From: Herbinix sp.
GTDB taxonomy: Bacteria; Bacillota; Clostridia; Lachnospirales; Lachnospiraceae
Length of the DNA stretch: 64,000 nucleotides
Assembly: GCA_028691795.1 (NCBI GenBank)
Contig: JAQUYQ010000001.1
Location: 106,699 to 170,698 of the forward strand
Reading direction: 5' to 3'
Position 1 is the stretch's first letter; the number at the start of each line of letters is the position of its first letter. The position numbers and the translations under genes are program-made. A model generated the notes under the pieces. The model did not search any database and was not told where the DNA came from. It was given only the letters and a program-made list of their open reading frames with translations. Below are positions 41,196 through 50,665 of the stretch, in pieces.

Positions 41196-41793
41196 TTTTA
41201 TGTCCTCCTCTTTTATTAAATTTTCTATATAAAAGTCTTATGACTTTAGCGTCATATAATGAATTATGTTTCAAATTAGAGAAGTCTGATATGTTTGAAT
41301 TGAGGAGTTCTTCTCTATTAAGATCAAAAGCATCGCTAAGAGATATATTCATCTCTTTAGCGATTAGTTGATTTATATCATAACACGTCGGAGAAATATA
41401 ATCAGGGAGATTTAAAGCACTCTGTTTATCCGTTATTAAATCAACCAACAATACAAAATCATAATGACAGACATCACTCACGAATTGTATCTTCTCATTT
41501 TTTGGTAATGTGTCAACCAATCCCTCGAGGAATTTATTTAATTTATAGGATACTTCATCAAAAGATCCCTTAATAACATATCTCATGTCCTTTATTTTAT
41601 TAACAGACGCTTTTCTATTTAACAATAGATTCTTTATGACATTATTAACAATCCATTTATCGAGATTTTCATCGTCATAATCATTGAGTTCTGCATAGAA
41701 TAGTGTCTCTTTAGTATCTGATATAATCCCAATTGAAATTATATCGGTTTTCTTTTTTAACCCGGTGAACTCCATATCAAAATATAAGTTCAT
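41188..41793 (-). CDS. DEDDh 3'-5' exonuclease (Rv2179c-like)
   Basis: YFDMEFTGL, HYDFVL, HNSLYDA. Confidence 0.8.
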   Translation of the reverse strand: MNLYFDMEFTGLKKKTDIISIGIISDTKETLFYAELNDYDDENLDKWIVNNVIKNLLLNRKASVNKIKDMRYVIKGSFDEVSYKLNKFLEGLVDTLPKNEKIQFVSDVCHYDFVLLVDLITDKQSALNLPDYISPTCYDINQLIAKEMNISLSDAFDLNREELLNSNISDFSNLKHNSLYDAKVIRLLYRKFNKRGGHKNA

Positions 41794-41851
41794 ATAATCA
41801 TCTCCTTATTCAAATTAAGATATTGTAAATGGTAAAATATTCTTTAATAAA

Positions 41852-41861
41852 TATATATTAT
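41852..41861 (+). promoter_or_regulatory. Early promoter TATATATTAT
   Basis: Upstream of the MazF-like pair. Confidence 0.6.
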
Positions 41862-41919
41862 TATCTTGATAAAAACAGTAGAGTAACCGATAACTCCACT
41901 GAATATAGGAGGTTTAAAA

Positions 41920-42801
41920 ATGGAAGTTGAAAAAATCGGTACATATCACGCGTTTGATGTGGGGCAAATTTGGATTGCAAAAGCACCGGATAATCGCCCC
42001 GAAATCAAAGATCGCCCAGTGCTCGTTCTCCAGGGAAAGGAGATATATCCTTTTTATGGAAAAGTCAGGGTTGTGACAATAACGCACACAAATCGCTTTG
42101 GGCCGAAAATTATATTGGAGGATGGAATTATAAGCACAATTAGTCTATTGCAAACGAGGATCGTGCCGATTCAGAGTTTATACAAATACGTCGGGGTGGT
42201 CGATAATCATACAATGGAGCTCGTTGAGAATGGTCTTAAATATCTTATGTTTGGGGAAGAACTCCACTCGGAATTGAAAACGACATTGGATACAATCATC
42301 AACCTAAATCAAAAACTGGGAGGCAATAGCGACAACATCTCCCAGATGGAAGAGCTTATTCAGCGCGAGATTGATAATAATAATAATGATATATCAATCC
42401 CCGTCGAGGTTGAAAAGAAGGTATATCCAGCCGAAGACACCCAGCCAGTCGTCGTTGATGATAAGCCCAAGCGAACCAAAAGGAGTATATCTACATACAC
42501 ACGATTGGAGACAGCGGCAATAGTTGCATACAATCTCAATACAGTTCGTGATCTTGTGGGTTATGGACTCAGTTATACCACAAAAGAGAAGATAAAAAAT
42601 AATCCAAACAGAGAAATATTCGCATCGATTGGCACCGATTCGCTTAAAAATCTTCAACCTCTCGAAAAAGCAGGGTTTGTAGCTATGTACAAAAACAGTA
42701 AGCGAGATCTTATACTCGGAATCAATCGTCCATCAACAATGATCCAATTGTATTATGAAAAATTCCTAGCTGAATTTAAAGAGAAAGGAATTAAGTTGTA
42801 A
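41920..42801 (+). CDS. PemK/MazF-like domain protein with long C-terminal extension
   Basis: GQIWIA..E.KDRPVLVLQ...VVTIT...QTRIV...KYVG. Confidence 0.65.
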   Translation: MEVEKIGTYHAFDVGQIWIAKAPDNRPEIKDRPVLVLQGKEIYPFYGKVRVVTITHTNRFGPKIILEDGIISTISLLQTRIVPIQSLYKYVGVVDNHTMELVENGLKYLMFGEELHSELKTTLDTIINLNQKLGGNSDNISQMEELIQREIDNNNNDISIPVEVEKKVYPAEDTQPVVVDDKPKRTKRSISTYTRLETAAIVAYNLNTVRDLVGYGLSYTTKEKIKNNPNREIFASIGTDSLKNLQPLEKAGFVAMYKNSKRDLILGINRPSTMIQLYYEKFLAEFKEKGIKL

Positions 42802-43224
42802 ATGGACAGAATACCTTCTGATAATATCGGGTTTAAACCAGGTCAAATATGGTGGTATGAAGATACCACCATAAGAGACAAAACTCAATATGATGGTGAT
42901 AAAACGATTGTCGGAAAACGACCGGTGATTATTATCGCTAAGATAGTAACTCCCCTCGTGGTTCCATGTTCAACAGAAGGAGGATATCTCGATACACATG
43001 TAAAATTGGATTTTGGGGACATGATAAGCTTCGCCGAATGCGAACTTTTCTCACCCACCAATATGAGATATTTCCTAAATTACAAGGGATTGGTCAAAGA
43101 GGATAAATTCAATGAAATCCTCAATGTCTTAGATGACATCATTCACAACAAATACCCAACCGTCAATCAACCAATACACCAGCTACGAGAACAATTCAAA
43201 CGGAACAAGGAGCAGAAGGTTTAA
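42802..43224 (+). CDS. PemK/MazF-like endoribonuclease
   Basis: GQIWWY...GKRPVIII...VVPCST...HV...SFAECE...YKG. Confidence 0.7.
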   Translation: MDRIPSDNIGFKPGQIWWYEDTTIRDKTQYDGDKTIVGKRPVIIIAKIVTPLVVPCSTEGGYLDTHVKLDFGDMISFAECELFSPTNMRYFLNYKGLVKEDKFNEILNVLDDIIHNKYPTVNQPIHQLREQFKRNKEQKV

Positions 43225-43238
43225 ACCTTCTGCTCTTT
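43209..43238. terminator. Bidirectional terminator overlapping the end of the second MazF-like gene
   Basis: GAGCAGAAGGTTT/AAACCTTCTGCTC. Confidence 0.7.
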
Positions 43239-43245
43239 TACCCTA

Positions 43246-43686
43246 TTATTTTCTTTTTGCTTTTGTTTTGTATGAGCCTTCAACCATACAGTAATATCCA
43301 TGTTTATGGAGCTTACTCTTATTGAAGATATCGATTGAGCTATCTTCATGACACTTAGTATACAGTTTGATAAGATCTTCGAACATCTTATCAATTGACT
43401 CGAGGACTTCCTCATAATTATAATCATGAGAAGCATCTGCTCCAAAATAAATTTCGGTTGTGTCTTTCTCAAGAATCTCAATACAGTCTTTAAGACCGAT
43501 CGGATTTCCACCAAGAGATTTAATAATCTCTCCGACTTCATCAATCATTTTCTCAAACTTGTCGATATATTCATCAGTCTCTTCATGAGCACTCGAAAAA
43601 TCTATACCGGTACTATTCCAATGTAGAATTTGCAGATTATGTTTATACATAACAAGACACGCAAATAGATTTTTAAGATTATCCAT
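43246..43686 (-). CDS. Dps/ferritin-like protein
   Basis: HNLQILHWN..G.DF..AHE...IDEVGE..LGGNP. Confidence 0.8.
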   Translation of the reverse strand: MDNLKNLFACLVMYKHNLQILHWNSTGIDFSSAHEETDEYIDKFEKMIDEVGEIIKSLGGNPIGLKDCIEILEKDTTEIYFGADASHDYNYEEVLESIDKMFEDLIKLYTKCHEDSSIDIFNKSKLHKHGYYCMVEGSYKTKAKRK

Positions 43687-43776
43687 TAAAATATCATCTC
43701 CTTATTATTTTTCTTACTAAGATGTTTAAAATACCCATAGAACCTAAGTGGCTCTATGGGTATTTTTTGTGAGTTA

Positions 43777-44121
43777 TTACTCGCAGTCGTCGGGATCGAA
43801 GTTAGGATCAAACAGATTCAGCTTCGGACGTTTGCCCGGCTTAAATACCATTTTATCAGCATCAAAGAACTCTTCCCAGCGATGGCCATAAACAGCCTTA
43901 ACCTTCACCAGAAGGCGGGTATTCAGAAGATTGTCACGATAATCCTTAGTGGCTTCCTTGGAAGCAATATCGAGGAGATTCTCGTATTCACCTTCAGTGT
44001 TACGAAGCGGGACTACAGTGTTATCACCATAGAACCATTTCTTTCCATCGGTATAGTGACCTTGGTCAATATGCTGCTGAACAGTCAGACCGTCACCAAG
44101 AAGATCAGTAAGTTTAGCCAT
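43777..44121 (-). CDS. Hypothetical late protein
   Basis: 114 aa, high-expression codon usage, late promoter at 44151-44162. Confidence 0.65.
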   Translation of the reverse strand: MAKLTDLLGDGLTVQQHIDQGHYTDGKKWFYGDNTVVPLRNTEGEYENLLDIASKEATKDYRDNLLNTRLLVKVKAVYGHRWEEFFDADKMVFKPGKRPKLNLFDPNFDPDDCE

Positions 44122-44153
44122 AATTGTGTCAACACCTTTCTGTTAGTATTTAC

Positions 44154-45227
44154 TTAAATGTTAGTCCCGATAAATTCTTTATAATTAAATTCATTCTTAG
44201 CAGACCTATATGTGTAATATATTACGCCACGATTTAGATCTACAGAATTTATACTATTGGATTTTATAGCATTATATATATTGTCCATCTCTTTAATAAA
44301 AAGCTCAGTAACGTTATCTGTTGCTTTCTTTAGGGGAACGAAACAGTATCTAACAATCAATTCAAAAAGATCAAAACGAATAAATTCAGCGCTATCTTTA
44401 AAGAGTTTCATGAAATATTCATAAAGCTTCTTCCAATCTACAAAATACGTATATGGAGTAACATCTGTCTGATTTATTTTATTTTTAAATGATTTTATGA
44501 TATCTTTAATTCCCGATTCTATAACGAGATAATCAGAATTAAAATCCATAATAAACGATTCATTCACAGTTTTGAGTTTATACTCCTCTAATGCTTTCTT
44601 GGTTTCCTTCTTCAGATCTTCTTCTTTAAAAGTAGCTATAGTGTACTCTTTTAAAACTTTAACTGAATCGACATGTCTAATATCCTCTGGAGATAATAAA
44701 ACATCATTAAATCCGTCGACATTAACACTCTTTAACATATAAGAAACAAATTCACTACAGAAGTATTTCTTCTTAGTTTCTTCAGATATATTTTTAGTGT
44801 TTTTGAAATTGAGATAATATTGAATTAGCCCAACGTCATTATATCTAAATCTGTTATGATTTTTAATAAAATAATCTATTTTATTTTTTAATATTGTATA
44901 TTCTTCTCTGGTTACAAAAACCACTGAAACGACGAAGAATTTATTTTTTCGATACATTGGCGACCATAGGGATTCTCTAACGAATCCATCACCAAATGCT
45001 CCATGATTATAAGGAATATCACTAAATGAATACATGTTGTTTAATGATGGATCTAATGATATAACCGCGTGGCTAAAATCAGAACCAGTGGCTCTTCTTA
45101 TAACCTTACCAAAATCGGTATCATTCGAAAATAATACTATATATACCGGATAGGTTCTTTCTATTGGTGATGAGGACTCTTTTATAAGAAACATGTTAAT
45201 CAACTCCCATAGCTTTATTTTTTTCAT
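44154..45227 (-). CDS. Permuted papain-like (YiiX/NlpC-P60) enzyme, probably head-packaged; true start probably MFLIKES
   Basis: His before Cys: FSHAVIS ... YFCSEFV; IKES/VNES/VIES motifs. Confidence 0.65.
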   Translation of the reverse strand: MKKIKLWELINMFLIKESSSPIERTYPVYIVLFSNDTDFGKVIRRATGSDFSHAVISLDPSLNNMYSFSDIPYNHGAFGDGFVRESLWSPMYRKNKFFVVSVVFVTREEYTILKNKIDYFIKNHNRFRYNDVGLIQYYLNFKNTKNISEETKKKYFCSEFVSYMLKSVNVDGFNDVLLSPEDIRHVDSVKVLKEYTIATFKEEDLKKETKKALEEYKLKTVNESFIMDFNSDYLVIESGIKDIIKSFKNKINQTDVTPYTYFVDWKKLYEYFMKLFKDSAEFIRFDLFELIVRYCFVPLKKATDNVTELFIKEMDNIYNAIKSNSINSVDLNRGVIYYTYRSAKNEFNYKEFIGTNI

Positions 45228-45936
45228 TTATTAAAAACTTTAAGAATGTATCATATTCCTTATTAACAACTTTAATATACTTTACATTCTTTACAGATGA
45301 AAGAACTGCATCTTTGAGCTTTTCTTTCTCTTTATCAACAGCAATTATCTTATGATGGGTATTGGGGTTATCACCACCATCTTTAACCTCAACTTCCAAA
45401 TTAAGAGTTGGAATGAAGAAATCTGGAATATAAAAGTGTTCTTTTCCCTCATATATATAAAAATATGTATGGGGTGAAGGAGCCATTATATCACTGGGTG
45501 AATAATTCATCACCAAATCTAAAAACTTAAGGAAGTCGTATTCGTATGATCCAACGCATTTCATTTTTTCACCATTGGACCATTCATATTCCTTAGAAAT
45601 ACTGCGATTCTCAAGCATTTCTCTTTGTTTAGTTGGATCATTTAATAAATGAACTTTTCCATATTTTCCAACCATTCGTTTTTTAAAACGTGCAGCATAC
45701 TTTTGCTTACAGGCTGGATCTTTACAAAATCGATTATATTTAAATGTCAGATCATTAAATTCTGTCGGTTTTTTACACTCAACACAATGCCCTTCTTTTT
45801 TACCAGTTAGTAAAAAATAAGCATATCGTGTAGACGTAAAATCTTCAGGAATCTGATCCTGATGCTCATCTTCGATATGTCGAGCAAAAGCGTCTTTATC
45901 TTTTAAACGATCTGCACAGATTCTACATTTAATCAT
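45196..45936 (-). CDS. Zn-finger plus TnsA-like PD-(D/E)XK endonuclease (head-completion-like)
   Basis: CRIC..H..H, CVEC..FC..C; GSYE, YIPDF..EVEVK. Confidence 0.7.
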   Translation of the reverse strand: MIKCRICADRLKDKDAFARHIEDEHQDQIPEDFTSTRYAYFLLTGKKEGHCVECKKPTEFNDLTFKYNRFCKDPACKQKYAARFKKRMVGKYGKVHLLNDPTKQREMLENRSISKEYEWSNGEKMKCVGSYEYDFLKFLDLVMNYSPSDIMAPSPHTYFYIYEGKEHFYIPDFFIPTLNLEVEVKDGGDNPNTHHKIIAVDKEKEKLKDAVLSSVKNVKYIKVVNKEYDTFLKFLINEKNKAMGVD

Positions 45937-45963
45937 TTTTATTTCCTCCTTATACAGTCTTAT

Positions 45964-46010
45964 TAAATGAATGTTTCCGAGTATCTTTTCTGCTATTTAA
46001 CATATTATTA
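45964..46010. promoter_or_regulatory. Divergent pair of late promoters
   Basis: Minus AACAttcattTA (45964-45975); plus AACAtattatTA (45999-46010). Confidence 0.65.
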
Positions 46011-46015
46011 ATACT

Positions 46016-47677
46016 ATGATATCAATGATACCTTATAATAAGGAGGTTAAAGCCGTGGGATATCTATCGAATGAAGAAGTTAACAATATTTTTGATGAAC
46101 TTATCGTATATCCAAAAGAGGCAATAATTAATCGTCTCGATATAATTAAAGGGAATATAGACCCCAGACATACTATCAAAACTCTTAGTTTTATTTATCT
46201 TGAATATAATATATTTAATGATAATACCGTACGGGAAAGGTTCAATTTTAGATTTGAACAACCCAAGGGTGATTTTTTTGACCATTGTGTTCTGTGGGAT
46301 TTATTTACAAAAGGAAATGATTACATATCCGAACATGCTGTGATTGGAAAAATAAGAGAAAACCCAGAAAAAGCTTTCGCTTATCATTATCTCATTAATA
46401 AATATTATTTAATGAGAGATAAGCTTGTGAGTAATCCTATCTATAATGATACCGAAAATAATAACGGGCGTTTAATTTCTTTACAAAAAGCATTTGATCT
46501 TTTTGAATATCTGTGTTATAAACACGTAGAATTCAAAGAGATATTATGTGATGCTGAAATATTCGGGATTCTGATGTATATGAAACGGATAATGCTCGTT
46601 TTCAATAAAGAAGAATTTAATATTGAGCACTTTAATATTAGAAGTTCCAAACGCCCCGATTTCTCTATTTATGAGCTTTTAAACTTAATATGTCACAATG
46701 AAGAACTCTATAAAGAATTGATTCATAAAAACAATCAAGACGGAGAAAAAGTATATATTATTAAACCGAATGGGGAAGCATTAGAAATGAATAATATTTC
46801 ATTTAATTCGTTTTTAACAAACGTGGATTCGGCTCATCTATATGAGGTTATGGATATAATCGATACTTTACAGTCTATGATGGATATTGATATAATTCTA
46901 AAACTTTTTGAGAAGTATACAAATATAATTACCGATGATCCACTGTTTCAAAATACAATTTTTAAACCCGAGGAGATATTCCTTTTAAGAGATATAAACA
47001 ATAAACCGTTTTATATTGTAAATACAGGCAATGAAATTGGTATTCTCTTGGAGGATAAAATAGCCAACAACTTCATGATTATCGTTCCTTTATACGATAT
47101 CAAAAATAATGAAACCAATGTCGAATTGATAAATTATTTTAAAAATTATATGGACAATGAAAATCTTGAGTTTTCTACTAAATGTATTAAACTGGAATTC
47201 TCATATGTCAGCAATAAGACTCCTATCAATACTCCTACTATTCAAGAAGTATTTGAATCGTTCTCCTTCGATAAAGAGGGGAATATTAAAATAAAATTCA
47301 GTAAGAATAAATCCTATATGGATCAATATTCTGAGTGTCATAAGATACTCGTTGAGAATATTAAGAATCGTAATTATGAATCTGCTAAATATGATTTAGC
47401 ATTTTTATTTAGTCTGATTTCTACACTGGATTCTAAAATCAAAAACAACGATTCGGATTATAAGAATCCCGATAAGAAGATTGATATTGATAAAGCAAGA
47501 ATGTTTGCTATCAATGATTTCAAAACATACCTTAAGGTCGTTCAATCTAATGATAAGCGATTTAACTTTGCTGATTTCTATAAAGAAAAAGAATTCGGTA
47601 AAACTGAATTTGCTATTAACGTTGACACGTTAGTTAATATAAAGAATCTGGTCTTTCGGATAATGACTGGGTTTTAA
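46016..47677 (+). CDS. Hypothetical late protein
   Basis: 553 aa following a late promoter. Confidence 0.7.
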   Translation: MISMIPYNKEVKAVGYLSNEEVNNIFDELIVYPKEAIINRLDIIKGNIDPRHTIKTLSFIYLEYNIFNDNTVRERFNFRFEQPKGDFFDHCVLWDLFTKGNDYISEHAVIGKIRENPEKAFAYHYLINKYYLMRDKLVSNPIYNDTENNNGRLISLQKAFDLFEYLCYKHVEFKEILCDAEIFGILMYMKRIMLVFNKEEFNIEHFNIRSSKRPDFSIYELLNLICHNEELYKELIHKNNQDGEKVYIIKPNGEALEMNNISFNSFLTNVDSAHLYEVMDIIDTLQSMMDIDIILKLFEKYTNIITDDPLFQNTIFKPEEIFLLRDINNKPFYIVNTGNEIGILLEDKIANNFMIIVPLYDIKNNETNVELINYFKNYMDNENLEFSTKCIKLEFSYVSNKTPINTPTIQEVFESFSFDKEGNIKIKFSKNKSYMDQYSECHKILVENIKNRNYESAKYDLAFLFSLISTLDSKIKNNDSDYKNPDKKIDIDKARMFAINDFKTYLKVVQSNDKRFNFADFYKEKEFGKTEFAINVDTLVNIKNLVFRIMTGF

Positions 47678-47774
47678 CCAGAGATTAAATTTTTACATGG
47701 TAAGAACATATATAGATAGGGTATGAACATTCATACCCTATCTATTTTATGGATATTTATTCTAATAAGAAAGG

Positions 47775-48623
47775 ATGATAAATATGAGTATTTCTTCTAA
47801 TAAAATGAAGAGTATATTATTCATTATTATCACAGCGTTTTTCGTTGTTTCTACAATTCAAACTCTTGGTAAAAAAGAAACCAAGGAAGTAGAAAACAAT
47901 ATCGAAGTAGCAGCGATCAATGATTCAGCTACTATCAAGTTATCAGTTGAAAAAGTTTATAATCATTACATCCTATTAGATGAAACTTTTACAGCAACTT
48001 CTATGACCCTTATTGAAGGATATGTGGAAGGTTCTAAAGTATTAACAGACGATGGGAAAGAATATAATGAAGTGGACTGTATTATCTATAGCGAGTTTCA
48101 CAAACTTAAAAGGAAAGGTTTAATCAAATATCCTGAAAAAGAAATCGAGGAAATAAAAGAGGAAATCATTATTAATAAAATTGAATCTGTCCACGACCGA
48201 ATGGATACTGTGTCAAATCTCAACAAAGAGCAAGTACTGACTCTTCTTGACAACAGTTACATTGAGGGTGATGAAGATATAGCCCAGGCAATTCTTGATA
48301 TCGAGAAAGATTATAATATCAACGCATTTGCTGTTATCGGAATTATGAAAACCGAAGCCGGTATAAAGATAGATTCTCATTATGCAAAAAATAACAATAA
48401 TCTCTTTGGCATTTATGATAGTAAAGCTAAACGATATAGATCTTTTAACTCGAAGGAGGAATGTATACATTATTTCGGTAAACTCATATCAGGAAAATCA
48501 TATTTCGGTAGAGGCAATTATACATTGAAAGATATAAACCCAACCTATAACCCAGCTAACTCAGGATGGGCCGATTACACCTTTAAAAGAATAATGGAGG
48601 TAACAAATAAGTTAATTGTATAA
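47775..48623 (+). CDS. GH73 glucosaminidase-type peptidoglycan hydrolase with N-terminal signal/TM
   Basis: Hydrophobic N-terminus; INAFAVIGIMKTEAG, NNLFGI, FNSKEECI, TLKDINPTY. Confidence 0.75.
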   Translation: MINMSISSNKMKSILFIIITAFFVVSTIQTLGKKETKEVENNIEVAAINDSATIKLSVEKVYNHYILLDETFTATSMTLIEGYVEGSKVLTDDGKEYNEVDCIIYSEFHKLKRKGLIKYPEKEIEEIKEEIIINKIESVHDRMDTVSNLNKEQVLTLLDNSYIEGDEDIAQAILDIEKDYNINAFAVIGIMKTEAGIKIDSHYAKNNNNLFGIYDSKAKRYRSFNSKEECIHYFGKLISGKSYFGRGNYTLKDINPTYNPANSGWADYTFKRIMEVTNKLIV

Positions 48624-48717
48624 TTTAAATATATTTTAAACTATACATAATAACAATGATATTAAATACATCTGTATTTAATAAATATATTTCACTATTT
48701 CAAGGAGGTATTTCAAA

Positions 48718-49365
48718 ATGAACGAAAACAAGAACATTGCCCAGGTAAACCCTAATCAAGGTGAGCGTACAACGCAAACCCACACCGAGAACAATTACCA
48801 CAGCAGCAACAACATGGGTCTGAAGCCCAATGGTTCTCACTTCCAGTTTACCGACCGCGATATCCTCACCTACATTAAGTCGCATTTTCTGCGTAATAAT
48901 GTGAAGGAATATCTTGAAGGTCGCGTTGTTGCTAAGAGCGGCGGTCGTGAAGTCAACGTCGTTATGTACTTTGACATTTCCAACCTCGAAAAGAACTCCA
49001 ATGGACAGAGCACTCAGGAACTGTTCATCGACATCGCCCCGGAAGATTCCAATGGAAAGATTCCTGAGGCTATCTTCCACAAGGTGAAGATGTTCCTCAT
49101 CCCCAATCGTTATGGGGTTGAGCGTGTCACTGGTAGCTCTGGTCGTCGATTCCTCGTTATTAAGCTTTTGGATATCGATGCGGTCTTCTACTCCGGCTTT
49201 AGAATCAATCAGTTCTTTGAACTCGATATCATGAAGATTCAGCCTGAGAACAAGGGCCCCGTCTATTTCAATATAATTAAGCGCGAGAAGCCGCAGTCCA
49301 CTGTGAGCTATTCTGACATCGATCGTATCGAGGCGGATATTTTCAAGAAGGGGAAGAAGGATTAA
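48718..49365 (+). CDS. Hypothetical protein with high-expression codon usage
   Basis: 215 aa; AAGGAGG SD; TATACATAAT early-like motif upstream; terminator at 49387-49420. Confidence 0.75.
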   Translation: MNENKNIAQVNPNQGERTTQTHTENNYHSSNNMGLKPNGSHFQFTDRDILTYIKSHFLRNNVKEYLEGRVVAKSGGREVNVVMYFDISNLEKNSNGQSTQELFIDIAPEDSNGKIPEAIFHKVKMFLIPNRYGVERVTGSSGRRFLVIKLLDIDAVFYSGFRINQFFELDIMKIQPENKGPVYFNIIKREKPQSTVSYSDIDRIEADIFKKGKKD

Positions 49366-49450
49366 TTCTTCCAAGTGGGTTTATTTATCGGTGGAGTTGT
49401 TTCCTTGCAACTCCACCGATATAATTTCATATAGAATTTTATTTATATAA

Positions 49451-49462
49451 AACATATTATTA
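49451..49462 (+). promoter_or_regulatory. Late promoter for tRNA-Glu and the RNA island
   Basis: AACAtattatTA. Confidence 0.6.
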
Positions 49463-49499
49463 AATTTATGGGATCTCCAATAAAGAGTTAGAAATATTT

Positions 49500-49574
49500 G
49501 GCATGTTAGTCGAGCGGTCAAGACACCGCCCTTTCACGGCGGTAACACGGGTTCGATTCCCGTACATGTCACCA
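49500..49574 (+). tRNA. tRNA-Glu(TTC)
   Basis: GGCATGT/ACATGTC acceptor stem; CCGCC-CTTTCAC-GGCGG anticodon arm; GTTCGATTC; encoded CCA. Confidence 0.95.
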
Positions 49575-49624
49575 ACATCTTCTAACTCCTTTTATTGTCG
49601 TCCCATGTCTCTTTACCCTTGCAC

Positions 49625-49708
49625 CGAGGTTCGAAATTACATTATAAATGTAATGGGTCCGGTACGATTCCGGAGGGAGATGAGTTATCATCTCCTAACG
49701 CTTAGTCC
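49625..49708 (+). repeat. Copy 1 of an ~80-nt structured T-loop element
   Basis: CGAGGTTCGAAA-hairpin-TGGGTCCGGTACGATTCCGGAG-hairpin-TAACGCTTAGTCC, repeated at 50666-50745. Confidence 0.85.
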
Positions 49709-49858
49709 CAAGCGGGGTTTCCGAATTTCTTGTGTTGCTCTCCTTCATAATTTGACACATTTATACTTCCGTTTTCTTTTGGTTATTCATAACCCAATTG
49801 TTTGACGATTGACATATATCCTCCCCGCTTGGGATATTGTAAAAGCTGGAATTATAAA

Positions 49859-49868
49859 TATATATTAT
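49859..49868 (+). promoter_or_regulatory. Early promoter upstream of tRNA-Lys and the large ncRNA
   Basis: TATATATTAT. Confidence 0.55.
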
Positions 49869-49898
49869 TTTTGTGTAGTGAGAGAACAAAATACATAA

Positions 49899-49974
49899 AT
49901 GCCTATAGCTCAGACGGCAGAGCAATTGACTTTTAATCAATGGGTCTGGAGTTCAAGTCTCCATAGGCATACCA
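49899..49974 (+). tRNA. tRNA-Lys(TTT)
   Basis: ATGCCTA/TAGGCAT acceptor stem; ATTGA-CTTTTAA-TCAAT; GTTCAAGTC; CCA. Confidence 0.93.
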
Positions 49975-50044
49975 TCGGGTTCTACTACTTTAGTATGAGC
50001 CCATTCTCGATTATTACATCGGAGTATCCGATTTAATAATAAAG

Positions 50045-50665
50045 GTACTCCCTTCTCAGGAGTTCATTGTCGGTCCTTTAAGCCGATACCTAGTGAAGCT
50101 CACTATCCGAGCTTCAATAACGATTCCCTGTTTCTCGGAGCTTATGAGAATGACACTCCCTTCACTATAAGGCGAAATCATTCTATCCGTGAAACCGGAA
50201 TCAAGCGGCCGGCTTCCCGGCCTATCACGCTGACCCGTTCCTATGGGTCTCAAGGTTCGTGCGTTAAGCGGCCCACCATCCCAGAAGCGGCCTAGCCCCT
50301 GGGATGGATATATGATATCGGCGAAGTGATTCATCGCCAAATCGAAACGAGATATCGTTTACGGTTCTACAATGAATCGGATACGGGGAAGGACGACTCC
50401 GATATATTATCGGCTCGTCTCCAGTTCACAAGCGGTTCCTTAAGCCGTTGTCGGCGTTCGGCTATGCCAGTATACACGCCGGCGAGAAATGAGGTGCCCC
50501 CTGCGGCTTTATTAGCCGCCATATTGGGCTCGTAGTCGGTCCTTTAAGTCGACCATTATGTATTGTGGCCGCCCGGTCCGAGGCTTCGGCGATGATCGCC
50601 GTCTATAAGCCTATCTTTTTCGGACGGCCGCGAACTTAACCGATATTATTCGGTTTATTATAAAG
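50045..50665 (+). ncRNA. Large GC-rich multi-hairpin ncRNA of unknown family
   Basis: About 20 consecutive stem-loops; G-U pairs form on the + strand; repeated loop motifs; no credible ORF. Confidence 0.65.

Noticed and set aside
43221-43544. 107-aa alternative-frame ORF over the Dps-like gene
   Set aside because: No SD; it overlaps a well-supported gene on the same strand
48700-49374. 224-aa minus-strand ORF
   Set aside because: Shadow of 48718..49365, which has the AAGGAGG SD and a terminator
49503-50535. Short ORFs at 49503, 50056 and 50326
   Set aside because: They overlap tRNA-Glu and the structured RNA, lack SDs and are expected by chance in GC-rich DNA
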